The position numbers and the translations under genes are program-made. A DNA stretch of 64,000 nucleotides from Rhodosorus marinus CCMP1338 (Eukaryota; Plantae; Rhodophyta): assembly GCA_029953675.1 (NCBI GenBank), contig JAMWBK010000002.1, forward strand, positions 1,488,001-1,552,000, written 5' to 3'. The notes beneath the pieces were generated by a model, which searched no databases, was not told where the DNA came from, and saw only the letters and a list, made by a program, of their open reading frames with translations. Position 1 is the stretch's first letter; every line of letters begins with the position of its first letter. This document shows, in pieces, positions 49,875-59,754 of this stretch.

Positions 49875-52628
49875 ATGGGGCGGAAGGCAAACGAAACCAG
49901 TTTGCTGAATCACTTGGACGATAGCTCCAAGAAATACGATAATCTTCGGAAGATTCAGGCAGATGTAGTTGGAGCGTTTAAGCTGAACAAGGAACAGGAT
50001 GAACATGCCCGCGGTGAGGAGTTTCAAGAAGAGCAGGACCGACAGCGCGAGATTCGTTTACAATTGTGGAATGCGAGAATATTGCTTTGGTGGAATGATA
50101 TGGCGGACACTCTGGTTACATCGTTATGGACTTGGCCCATTTTGAGCCTCTGCGTGAACTTTCTCATTGGAGCTGCGGTTGCCAGAGCGGGTGATGGAAC
50201 GGATTCCGGCATCTTGTTCTTTTTCAACTCGGACTCGACAGAAGCGGGGCAGTTCTTCAGGTTCATATGTTCTATGGTCATGGGACTTACGGGTACGGTC
50301 TTCTCGCTCTCGATCGTCGCGTTTCAAGTGGCTGGAGTGACATACTCTCCACGAATGTTGTCGGATCTGATGAGAAAGAAAGCCACGAAAGTTGTTCTTG
50401 CTATTTTCCTCGGTACCTTCTCGTACTCGTACGCTGGTCTGCTAGCCCTGCGCAACACTGACGAAACACAGTATTCCCCAACCATTGCAGTCAACGTTTG
50501 TTTGATTTACGTAGTGGCTACAATTGTAGCCCTTGTATACTACTTGGACGCCGTAGTTCGGTTTCTGTCAGTCTCAAACCTCCTCGACGATGTCTCAGCC
50601 AGTACTTGCAGAGTAGCGGAGAGACTGACGAAAGAAATCCCACTCGAGACGACTAAGGACGGTATGGAGGAGGAATTTCTTGACAAGAGGAGCAAGCCAA
50701 GAGAAGATATTGATCTGGAGGACGTCCTTCCCACGGTTCCGGCTGAATATGCACAGACCATTTACGCGTTCAAGTCAGGATACCTGTTGAAGCTGGCTGA
50801 GAAACCAATAAGTTACGTAGCCAGTGCGCATGACGTGGTGATACGGTTTCGTGCGAAGATTGGAGAGTACGTCACGGGTGATACCCTTTTGGCGTGGGTT
50901 TGGAAATATGGAGCAGGTTCAAATCGATCAGAGATCTTGGTCGTTGATGCGCGTATGCGGATTGGGCCTGAAGAACTAGACGCTATCCAGAAACAGGTCA
51001 ACTGGTGTATATCTATTGCGTCGAGAAGATCGATAGAGAATGATATTGGATTCGGGATTAAGCAGCTAACGGACGTTGGTGTAAAAGGAATGTCTCCCGG
51101 TAACCTTGATCCATCTACATCGTGTGAAGCCGTTGATAGACTGGAAAGGGTGTTTGCGTCGTTCTGTAAGAACCGATTTAGCCACATGATACTTACTGAG
51201 GATCTTATCGGGAAATATGCTGCCCGTAAGCGCAGCCGTGACGATACGAGCTTGAGCTCGGATGACGGTAGCCAGAACGGCGGTGTTGGTTTCCCTCCCA
51301 GAACGCTAGTTTGCTTGCCTCGGCGTACATTTGCGGACCACCTTGGCGCCGCGATAAACCCGATGCGGTGGTACGGAAGAACCTCGGTAGTCGTGTGTCG
51401 TCGCCTGCTGTACCTACTGGGAGCGCTTGGTGCTATGTGCGCTCCGTACGGGGAACAGATGGCAACCCGACTGGACACCATTGAAAACTTCATTGAAGAT
51501 ATCCTGAATTCTTTCGCAGAATCGATCCCGGGAGGCACACATAGCGTGGAATTTGAAGCCGTTGAGTTTGCTGCGTTGCATGCCTTTTACCTCATCCATA
51601 GTGGGAAGAGCCGGGGTACTGTGAAGCGGTTTTCAAGGAGCGAGCCAACCCCATCAGAGGAGAACGGAAGCTTCGATATGGATGGGGTGGGTGGGTTTGT
51701 GCCGACGCCTGGCGAGAGAAGGCACGAGTCACGTGACAATGCGGCTGAAGATTCGCTACATAACTTCTCGAGAAGCAGCTGGCCACGGAAGATGGAGTCC
51801 GAGGATGATGAACTGAAAGATATTGGAGAATCAGATTGCAAGGTATCGGAAGAAAGCGACGAGGCAAGAGGAGAGCGGTGTGATAGTGCGTCAAATCACA
51901 CTCCGGCTGAAAGAAAAAGTGCGGAGGTGACGCCGATTAGTACTCGCCTTCCAAGCCGTTCGCGGTCGCCTGACCCCAAGGCAATAATGGATGATGACAC
52001 CTCGCACATAAAATCGTCAGCATCTTTTGTTGAGACTCGGAGCGTTGGGCTCCTATCTGAGGGTACACGACTGCGTTCGAGAAGCCTGTTTTCTAGCGAG
52101 AAGCGTCTCTCGCTGGGCGATCTTCCAGACGAAACCGTTGATGATTTTTCTATGCTGAGCAAAGCGAAAACATTCCTAAGACTTGGAGGGGACCCAGAGG
52201 ACGCCATCCGCTATCTCAACGAGGACCGGTATTCAGACGAGTTCCTCAAAGCTTCGATTGAAAGACGGTCGGTTTCGGCTGTTGTTTTCGAGGATGTCTT
52301 TGTACAAGGGAAAAAGAAACAGGGAACAAAAACGAGAGAAGCGGAAGAGAGGAGAGCTCTGCCGCGAAAGGGCCCCTTACCAGCGTCTGGATCGAAAACC
52401 CTCGGAGCAGGCGGGAGGGGTATATCTGGAGCGTCTATTTTCGCTCGTGAACCACAATCTGTAGTAGAACACAGCGCGAACTCGTCGATCGACGAGGGCT
52501 CAACGACACAGGAGACAAAGCCCCCCCTTCCGAAAAAGGATAAGAAAGCATCGGATGGAAAGAACCCGGAACGAAAAATCACCAAGCATGACCTCCTGTC
52601 CAGATACTTTGCCGGTCAAAAGCACTAG
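49875..52628 (+). CDS. DUF2254-family membrane protein with a long low-complexity C-terminal tail, 917 aa, intronless
   Basis: SLWTWP, VFSLSIVAFQVAGVTYSPR, FLGTFSY, KSGYL, RSIENDIGFGIKQLTDVGVKGMSPGNLDPST and RWYGRTSVVVCRRLL match DUF2254 conserved blocks. Four or five hydrophobic helices. Confidence 0.82.
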   Translation: MGRKANETSLLNHLDDSSKKYDNLRKIQADVVGAFKLNKEQDEHARGEEFQEEQDRQREIRLQLWNARILLWWNDMADTLVTSLWTWPILSLCVNFLIGAAVARAGDGTDSGILFFFNSDSTEAGQFFRFICSMVMGLTGTVFSLSIVAFQVAGVTYSPRMLSDLMRKKATKVVLAIFLGTFSYSYAGLLALRNTDETQYSPTIAVNVCLIYVVATIVALVYYLDAVVRFLSVSNLLDDVSASTCRVAERLTKEIPLETTKDGMEEEFLDKRSKPREDIDLEDVLPTVPAEYAQTIYAFKSGYLLKLAEKPISYVASAHDVVIRFRAKIGEYVTGDTLLAWVWKYGAGSNRSEILVVDARMRIGPEELDAIQKQVNWCISIASRRSIENDIGFGIKQLTDVGVKGMSPGNLDPSTSCEAVDRLERVFASFCKNRFSHMILTEDLIGKYAARKRSRDDTSLSSDDGSQNGGVGFPPRTLVCLPRRTFADHLGAAINPMRWYGRTSVVVCRRLLYLLGALGAMCAPYGEQMATRLDTIENFIEDILNSFAESIPGGTHSVEFEAVEFAALHAFYLIHSGKSRGTVKRFSRSEPTPSEENGSFDMDGVGGFVPTPGERRHESRDNAAEDSLHNFSRSSWPRKMESEDDELKDIGESDCKVSEESDEARGERCDSASNHTPAERKSAEVTPISTRLPSRSRSPDPKAIMDDDTSHIKSSASFVETRSVGLLSEGTRLRSRSLFSSEKRLSLGDLPDETVDDFSMLSKAKTFLRLGGDPEDAIRYLNEDRYSDEFLKASIERRSVSAVVFEDVFVQGKKKQGTKTREAEERRALPRKGPLPASGSKTLGAGGRGISGASIFAREPQSVVEHSANSSIDEGSTTQETKPPLPKKDKKASDGKNPERKITKHDLLSRYFAGQKH

Positions 52629-53140
52629 CCGAAGACCATGGACGCCGGGACACATCGCAAGTATTGGATCAAACCCGTCCCAGCGTACACAACTACTGCT
52701 CTAGTTTATTTTCATCGGTTAACTCAGTCACCCGTTTTGGACTTGGGTTATCTCGTAACTAAAACATCAATTATTTCTTCAAGTTGACTCTACATCTTCC
52801 TCCATAGGACTTCCAAGGGCAAGTCACACAGAGGTGTAAGGACTGCCATCAAGCTGTCAGGTGAATGGAGGAGAACCCAAGAACCTCGCCCCCGAGCAAA
52901 GTCACGGGAGCCATGCGGAATCATTCCATTTATAGGCTGTTACTTTCTGGTCTCCTCTGCGAGAAATTCAGGGTTCTATTACCGGGAAGTCGGGCTCTAG
53001 GTACTGATGTCACTTTGTACATGAACCACACCTGCAAAAGCTTTACACCCCAGTCCTCAATGCTGTATAGTGCTTTGAGAGCTTATCTTAAAACTTTTTT
53101 CTACACAGGTGTTATACGCTTTTACGTCCTGAATGCTTTT

Positions 53141-53290
53141 CTATACTCTTCTATATTTTTTGAATACTTTGTTTTGTTTTATACGTTCTATACTCTTCTA
53201 TATTTTCGGATCGTACTTTCTTTAATCTCGTAATTTGGTTTTCAATACTTTTTGCTTTGTTTTATACTGTTTTATACTGTTTTATACTGT
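53141..53290. repeat. AT-rich simple repeats
   Basis: CTATACTCTTCTATATTTT twice, then (TTTATACTGT)x3 at 53261-53290. Confidence 0.85.
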
Positions 53291-54288
53291 TTTTTGTGGG
53301 AGTGCACAAGCGGGCCTAGTGGTGTCCTCGTTGATGTGACGATGCCTTTCCAGAGTCTTCAAACTGCTCCTTGAGAAGTCTGTTAAGACATGCTTGGTTG
53401 CGAAAGTTCAACGGTCACTTCTTTTTCCTCAGGGGTTTCGACAAATAGGTCTTCACCCGTGGAGAGCACAACGCTCTGGCTTTGGTCTTGTGAAAATGCT
53501 ATGCAGAGCTTCGATCCCCTTTAGGCGTTCTTCGTCGACGAGAATTTAACAATCTGGTAGTTGAGAGCCTTCACCTGAAGAGGGCAAGACTCGAAAAAGC
53601 TCTGAATACGAACAATGCGATTCTTTGCAGACGGCAATCAAAGCATTGGATATCAATCTTTACGGATTTCGGAGCAAACCCAAAAACTCTCAAGTTGGCA
53701 TCTTCTTCAAGGGTTTTAGCTCTGAGCTTGACCACAAGCTCTCCAACAAGATTTCTGAGTCTGACGTGTCACACAGTTGTTGAGCTTCACAGCGAAACTC
53801 CTCCTCTTACTGCTTTCCATGGAGAAGCTTTGGCACGATCATCGCCGGTAGTTGCTTCAAGCGGCTGGCTTCCTCAAGAGCGCTACTGGGTCCTCTCCGG
53901 GTTGACAGTTGGGCTTAGGCCGAGAAGGAACGGATGGAAGCGTCAACTTCAAGACGGGGCAACTGAATTCTTCTGTTGGGTGTGAAGATCCTGTCTGTTG
54001 GTTTCTCCTCTTCCGAGTTTCTTCCAGGTTGCCTTTGAACGGCTTTGAACTAAGCAGCCTGGGGACGGAGAATCCATTATGGCAGTGTGTTGAAGTATTC
54101 TCGAGGGTTTGTCATTGACGAGTTCGAGGACTCTGTGTGATGACGATGGATCCGTTACGTTGTTCAAGAACAGTAGTTGTTTCGTCGGACGATCTGAAAG
54201 AAATTTGCATTTGGAGAGGTGGATGAGTACCGGCTTTGGACTGTCCTGTTCTTCAACTTGAATTTGTTTCGGCAGCTTTGTAAAACAG

Positions 54289-56340
54289 ATGAAGAGCCGT
54301 AGAAGTGTCTTTCGGCATCGAAGCACTAGGGAGCGAGGTCGGAAGCGATCCACGACTTCTTTCGTATCTGGAATCGCCGTTGGTTTGGTCCTATTTTCGT
54401 TGGTAAGCTTGAGTGGACTGTTCAGAGTCGCTCATGAGGAGGCAGCATGGACCGAGAAGCAGCGCTCATCTCATGCTCTCAGCGACTCGAGAGATGATCG
54501 TGGTGTTGATGTGGGTGGAGGGATCGATGAGGAGGTGGGTCGTGAGTCACCGCGGCCGTTTACTATTGTGATTTTGGCGATGAACAGGCCATGGGCACTG
54601 AAGCGTCTGCTCGAGTCTATTAATCAGGCATACTATGGAAACGAACGCGTCAACTTGGACATTTTTGTGGACATGTTAAAGAACCAAACTCATGATTCGG
54701 AAAGCGTGAGAATCGCGGATTCATTCGTATGGAACAGGGGCTCGAAACGCGTGATTCTGAGAACCAGAAACATGGGCCTCGTACTCTCCTGGTTGACCTG
54801 TTGGAATGCAACATCGGACCAAGACCGTGCTGTTATTTTGGAAGATGATCTTGAAGTTTCCAAACTGTACTACCGGTTTCTAAAAGAGGCTAATGAAAAG
54901 TACAATGACCTTGAGGACCTGGCAGCTTATTCTCTGCAACGAGCTACTCTTATTCCTCTCAACGACGGGAACAAGCACATTCAACATGGTTCAAACCCGG
55001 CCTATCTGTACAGACTCGTCGGAACATGGGGGTTTTCTCCAAAGGCGAAGAAGTGGACGGAGTTTCAGAACTGGTTCTTTCCACGGTTTGATAATAAAGA
55101 CTTCAAACCATTTGTTGAAGGACTCTCGATCAACAAGTGGTACAACGGACGAGAATGGTCGCACTGGTTTCTCAAGTTTTGTGATGAGGAAAGGCTCTTC
55201 AACTTGTACGGAAATATGCCGAACAAAACGACGCTCTCTGCGAACTGGAGGGAGCCCGGAGAGCACTATGGATCAGGTCCTGCAAAGGGAAAGGAATTCG
55301 AAATCTTTGCTGAGCGACCGGATTACGATTTTCAGTTTCCGGGTGCAGACCATTTGATCAGAATCGACTGGAATGGACGTCTTCATCCCGATTTTCACTC
55401 CGTGCTATACCGAGAGAATGTCGACGAGATGAACAAGTTGATCGAGTATGGAAAGCGGGGCGAGTTTCTGATGCTTTCACTGTACAATGAATATTTTGTT
55501 ATCTGGTTGAGGAACTTTTTGTGTAATGTCGAGCTTCTTAAAATCAGACCGAAGCAGATTGCTCTGGTGACGAACGATAAGAAGGCACATGAGCAGATGC
55601 AAACCGTGGAAGGGGTCCACAGCATCTACCTCAAGTTTCCAGGAGGTGAAGCGAGCCGCGGAAATACGTTCTCCACTCCAGGATACATAGAATTGATGTT
55701 GAACCGGGCCCGACTTGTCCTTGAGCTATTGCGACACGGTGTGACTACGCTGCTAGTAGATCTGGATCAGACGTGGTTGGAAGATCCAATGCCATGGGTG
55801 AAGCAACTTGCCGATAGGAATGACGTGGACGTGGTTGGCACAATCACCACTCAGAATGAGCTCGCTGGCAACTTTCTGTACTTTCTCCCGACAACGGGCG
55901 CAGTGAACATGTACAAAGAGGTCGTCCGCCACTTTGAAAAGGCCTTCAAGGACAAGAACATCGGTGATGGCGGCTTGGGAAATCGGAAAGTCTCTCTGCC
56001 CAACGACCAGACGCTCATAACGTCAATTGCGCTCCGGAACAAGGAGTGTGAGCTCGAGCTCCTTGACCGCTTCCAATTCTGTGACGGTCGATGGTACAAG
56101 GGTGCTTACTCCAATGATACGGTGAGCCTCCGGCCGGTAATGATCAACAACAACTTTGTGGAGGGCAATCAGGAGAAAATTCACCGAGCAGTAGGCTTTG
56201 GCCATATGTTCTACAACAATGAAACTAATACGTGCAATCCCCCGGAGAGACTCCGAGCTTACTATCAGGGCAAATCCATCTATTATTCGTGGCAGGATGT
56301 TCTGGATAGGAAACGGGGAGCAGACGTACTCAAGCTTTGA
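54289..56340 (+). CDS. Type II membrane glycosyltransferase with two GT-A domains (GT2-like + GT77/nucleotide-diphospho-sugar transferase-like), 683 aa, intronless
   Basis: Basic N-terminus and one TM helix (IAVGLVLFSLVSLSGLF). Domain 1: ILAMNRPWALKRLLES, LDIFVD, GLVLSW, AVILEDDLEVSKLYY, GTWGF. Domain 2: NFLCN, LVDLDQTWLEDP, AGNFLYFLPT, NDQ, INNNFVEGNQEKIHR. Confidence 0.85.
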   Translation: MKSRRSVFRHRSTRERGRKRSTTSFVSGIAVGLVLFSLVSLSGLFRVAHEEAAWTEKQRSSHALSDSRDDRGVDVGGGIDEEVGRESPRPFTIVILAMNRPWALKRLLESINQAYYGNERVNLDIFVDMLKNQTHDSESVRIADSFVWNRGSKRVILRTRNMGLVLSWLTCWNATSDQDRAVILEDDLEVSKLYYRFLKEANEKYNDLEDLAAYSLQRATLIPLNDGNKHIQHGSNPAYLYRLVGTWGFSPKAKKWTEFQNWFFPRFDNKDFKPFVEGLSINKWYNGREWSHWFLKFCDEERLFNLYGNMPNKTTLSANWREPGEHYGSGPAKGKEFEIFAERPDYDFQFPGADHLIRIDWNGRLHPDFHSVLYRENVDEMNKLIEYGKRGEFLMLSLYNEYFVIWLRNFLCNVELLKIRPKQIALVTNDKKAHEQMQTVEGVHSIYLKFPGGEASRGNTFSTPGYIELMLNRARLVLELLRHGVTTLLVDLDQTWLEDPMPWVKQLADRNDVDVVGTITTQNELAGNFLYFLPTTGAVNMYKEVVRHFEKAFKDKNIGDGGLGNRKVSLPNDQTLITSIALRNKECELELLDRFQFCDGRWYKGAYSNDTVSLRPVMINNNFVEGNQEKIHRAVGFGHMFYNNETNTCNPPERLRAYYQGKSIYYSWQDVLDRKRGADVLKL

Positions 56341-56970
56341 ACGGTGTGAGGATCAAGATCGAACAAACTGTGATACTTCAGTACTTGACAGCCTGATGCA
56401 TAATGAGACTGGCACACTCCCACGAGTCCGAAAGGGCGAACCTGTTGAGGAGTTGGGGCCGCGCAGTGGGAGTGAACGGTTTGATGCTGTCCAAGCTGTT
56501 GTAGGGCTACTATAGCAAGTTCTCGATACCGATAATAACAGCTGTGCGAGTGAGACAATCTCAATGTGACTGCTGCCAACTCGGAGCGAGCATTCGAACG
56601 GTTTGGCTGTTATTGACGGTGACGGTAGGACAAGGGACGTCGATCTATCCTCTGTTCTTTCCGCGGGATGGCATACCGTACAAGCTCGATGAGAGTTGGA
56701 ACCCGTTTCAGGGACAACCTGCTTTGATAGCGTTGAAGCGTGTATCTGTCTATTTGCCCTCTGACATTGTATACGGGTGTAAGGAGGCTGATCGAAGTTG
56801 CGCGGAGAAGTCGGCGCTGTAGTTGTCTTGAAGGGTGGTTCTGGTTTCTGGTTGCCGCAAAGCGATGCGTTTTGTGAGCAATGTACAGGAGAGATCTCTT
56901 ACTTACGTCTACTCTGGCTTTCGGAGATGTAGAAAGCCTTTTGTATTTGGATGAATCTTATTTAGAAAAC

Positions 56971-58452
56971 TCAACTATACTCTGAGATGAAACGAGCGTG
57001 GAATTCTTGAAAGCTCTGTGTTAGGTAGTCAAAATCTTCTTCTTGAGCCAGGATGGTTGTCCGGAAGTGAAAAGTGCCCTCCTGTTGACCGAATCCCGAG
57101 CCAGGAACTGTACATATTCCGGTCTCATCCAGAAGCCGGAGGCAGTAGTAAGTGTCTGCCGGAACTCCTGCGGCCTTGGCTGCCACCACAGCTCTATGCG
57201 GGAGACGGATTCGGGGAAATGCATACAGCGCGCCCTCAACAGCATTACAAGTCACACCTTGCATTTTCCCCAGTGCCTCAGCGAGCATCTTGGCCCGCCG
57301 TCTCAAAGACTCGTAGATTCCGCGTACCTCGAGGTGATAGAGTTCGTAGGATGGGTCCCCGGGCCTTGGTGGGTTGGACATAAGCCCCACAAGCATCTCC
57401 CCAGTTGTATTTGAGCACAACGTCGTGGATGCCAGCTTATAGATTTCATTCCTAACAAGAGGATCTATGTTGTTGCAGTGGAAGTAGCCTCCGCGATGAC
57501 CGCATTCACCCACCATGCCCTTTGAAATCGTGTGGAATGAAAAACACTCGAGATCCGAGGCTTGTTTGGACTCCGAGATGACCTTCCTAAACGACACAAA
57601 CTGTCTCCCAGAGGAGTAGACGTTTTCTTGGTAGACTTCATCCGCGAAGAGCACAACTTTCTTCCGTTTGCACCATTCGACGATCTCCAACATGTTTTTC
57701 TCGGAAAGGCATTGTCCCGTAGGATTGCCTGGGTTGATGACCACTAGTCCACGAACTTTACCTCCTGAATCATGTGCTTTATTTCTGGCACGGTCAAGCT
57801 CGTCGAGATCCAGTCCCCATCCCTTTTGCTCGTCGAGATAGTACTCGGCACTAGTTCCATTGAACAGATTGATCGCGGCGGCGTAGATGGGATACTGCGG
57901 TGTTGGTGTTAAAACTGCATCTGCGCTACCTTGTATAAGGGCTTGAAGGCATCTGGACACACCCGCGGATGCTCCATCGGTAAGGAAGATGCTGGATATG
58001 TCGGGTTTCGTGCCGTCCCTCTCCTCAAGGCGTTTGGCAACTTCTTCGCGAATATATGCATTTCCTCTGCTGTCTTGATAGGAGCCGGTGCCTCCCTTAA
58101 AGTGGTTGAGGTACAATCGAGCGCGCTTAATAACATCCTCGGGGAAGTGTCTCCTAGTTGCTTCGTCCTCAAGCAGTCCAGGGTAGTTTACAATCGCCAC
58201 GACTTGACGAAAAAACGTAATCGGCTTTTGTCCAAGTCCATGAGGATTCCCAATATTCGTATAAACTACAGGAAGCCCAGCTTTACTCCTCTCGAGTGCA
58301 GCAGAGTACAAGCGTCCTCGAACAGCATACTGAGCCTTCCGTACGTACGGGTTCATCGTCTCCAGTCGAAGAACAGATGACATTCGTCGACTAAAAAGTC
58401 CATAGGTCCCTCCCATTCCGCGATTCATTGCTCGATTCATCGTACAGGACAT
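56971..58452 (-). CDS. AlaAT: Alanine aminotransferase / glutamate:glyoxylate aminotransferase family, probable mitochondrial isoform, 493 aa
   Basis: AQYAVRG, NIGNPH, PQYPIY, INPGNPTGQ, FADEVYQEN, SFHTISKG (PLP lysine), GECGHRGG, VPGSGFGQ, HFRTTIL. Arg-rich, acid-free N-terminal extension. Confidence 0.96.
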   Translation of the reverse strand: MSCTMNRAMNRGMGGTYGLFSRRMSSVLRLETMNPYVRKAQYAVRGRLYSAALERSKAGLPVVYTNIGNPHGLGQKPITFFRQVVAIVNYPGLLEDEATRRHFPEDVIKRARLYLNHFKGGTGSYQDSRGNAYIREEVAKRLEERDGTKPDISSIFLTDGASAGVSRCLQALIQGSADAVLTPTPQYPIYAAAINLFNGTSAEYYLDEQKGWGLDLDELDRARNKAHDSGGKVRGLVVINPGNPTGQCLSEKNMLEIVEWCKRKKVVLFADEVYQENVYSSGRQFVSFRKVISESKQASDLECFSFHTISKGMVGECGHRGGYFHCNNIDPLVRNEIYKLASTTLCSNTTGEMLVGLMSNPPRPGDPSYELYHLEVRGIYESLRRRAKMLAEALGKMQGVTCNAVEGALYAFPRIRLPHRAVVAAKAAGVPADTYYCLRLLDETGICTVPGSGFGQQEGTFHFRTTILAQEEDFDYLTQSFQEFHARFISEYS

Positions 58453-59754
58453 GTCTATGGGTACATATCTACAAATATAAAGCTATATACAGGTCAACGT
58501 GGGGTCTAATCACTGAGATTCACACTCCTTCAGTCACCCTTCCTGTGTTGATATATGCCACCACGCCGACCAAAATCATATCAACAACAACACAAGACCC
58601 GCGCCGCGCTTCATCATCGGCAGAGCGTCAGCACCCTGTCATCCGCACCGAGCTGCTAACAGAAATTCGACCGTTAAAAAATATAGACGGACTGAGCCAA
58701 AATGCTTTTTTTTTTTTTGCAATGTAGTCGACGTGGTTACAGATATCAACGCAGGAAGGGTGACTGAAGAGTGTCAGTTAGCCGGTAGTTTCTGATGTGG
58801 ATGGTCGCTTTGGATGCCAGGAAGGTATCAGCGAGACTTCTGTTGGTCTCCTCTAAACGTCACCCTGCATAGACTTTGAGAATCCCGACAGCCCCTGCGT
58901 GACGAAGATCCTTTCTCGAAGTGAGACTTGTGCGCAGGGATGGCAATTCCCTGAGGATACCGTACTATGGCATTTGCTTCTGTTGAGGAGCTTATGTGAT
59001 ATGGCCTTAGTCGAACACGGATACGGTTTTCTCAAAGATCGTCCCCTTTTAATGGATAGTTTGGATGTTGCCCGTTGAAGAAGACAAGAGCCAGTAGAAG
59101 GACGTTCATTGATTTATGGCTGAGTGACGTCTTCAATTCAGAAACCTCAGCTCTTGTCCCACTACTTTTGAAAATGAAGTTGTGCGATTCGGTCATTGGC
59201 AGTGGTAATTGCCATTCTTAACTCTGATCTCTGGTTGGCAAGGGGACAATTGCAGATACCCGCCAGGGTCCGCAAAACATAGACAATAGATGCTCGCTGG
59301 CTCCCGGTAACGTTGCGAGCAGTCAGGCCGCAGCGTCGAGGTGGATAATGCATTGCAGGCCGCTGAGGCAGGCGATTGTGTAAGTCAAGCCATTTGCCAA
59401 GACGTTGCAGCAAATGTCCGAAAAAGACTTCGGCAATGAAAAAGCTCAAATTGTTTGTTTATGTCTACCAATTATTTTCTATTCAGCATCCCATCGATCT
59501 TCAGAGTGCGCTCTGGGCGTTTATCATGCTTCGAAAGAGCAACAGCGGTGATACTCCACAATTTCTGGGCCATGCTCACTTTGTACGGGTCTAGGCCGCA
59601 TGTATGATAAACTCGCGAAGCCATAACACTCGAGATCGGCACCGAGGTCGTGTTTTTCATCGTCCCGCTCACCCACCCTGGCTTGTTGGCGCTGGGGTCT
59701 CCGCACGGCAACTCGCGTATCTATTGTGTGGTTTGCTCATACCAGAGCCATTTT

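Noticed and set aside
50024-52585. Long antisense ORFs over DUF2254 (e.g. 50813-51538), and similar ones over Hsp33, the GT and the AlaAT genes
   Set aside because: Shadows of codon bias in the real genes; no motifs.
53300-54280. Protein-like stretches on the minus strand between DUF2254 and the glycosyltransferase
   Set aside because: Every frame has repeated stops, and I could not build a consistent splice model or find a motif.
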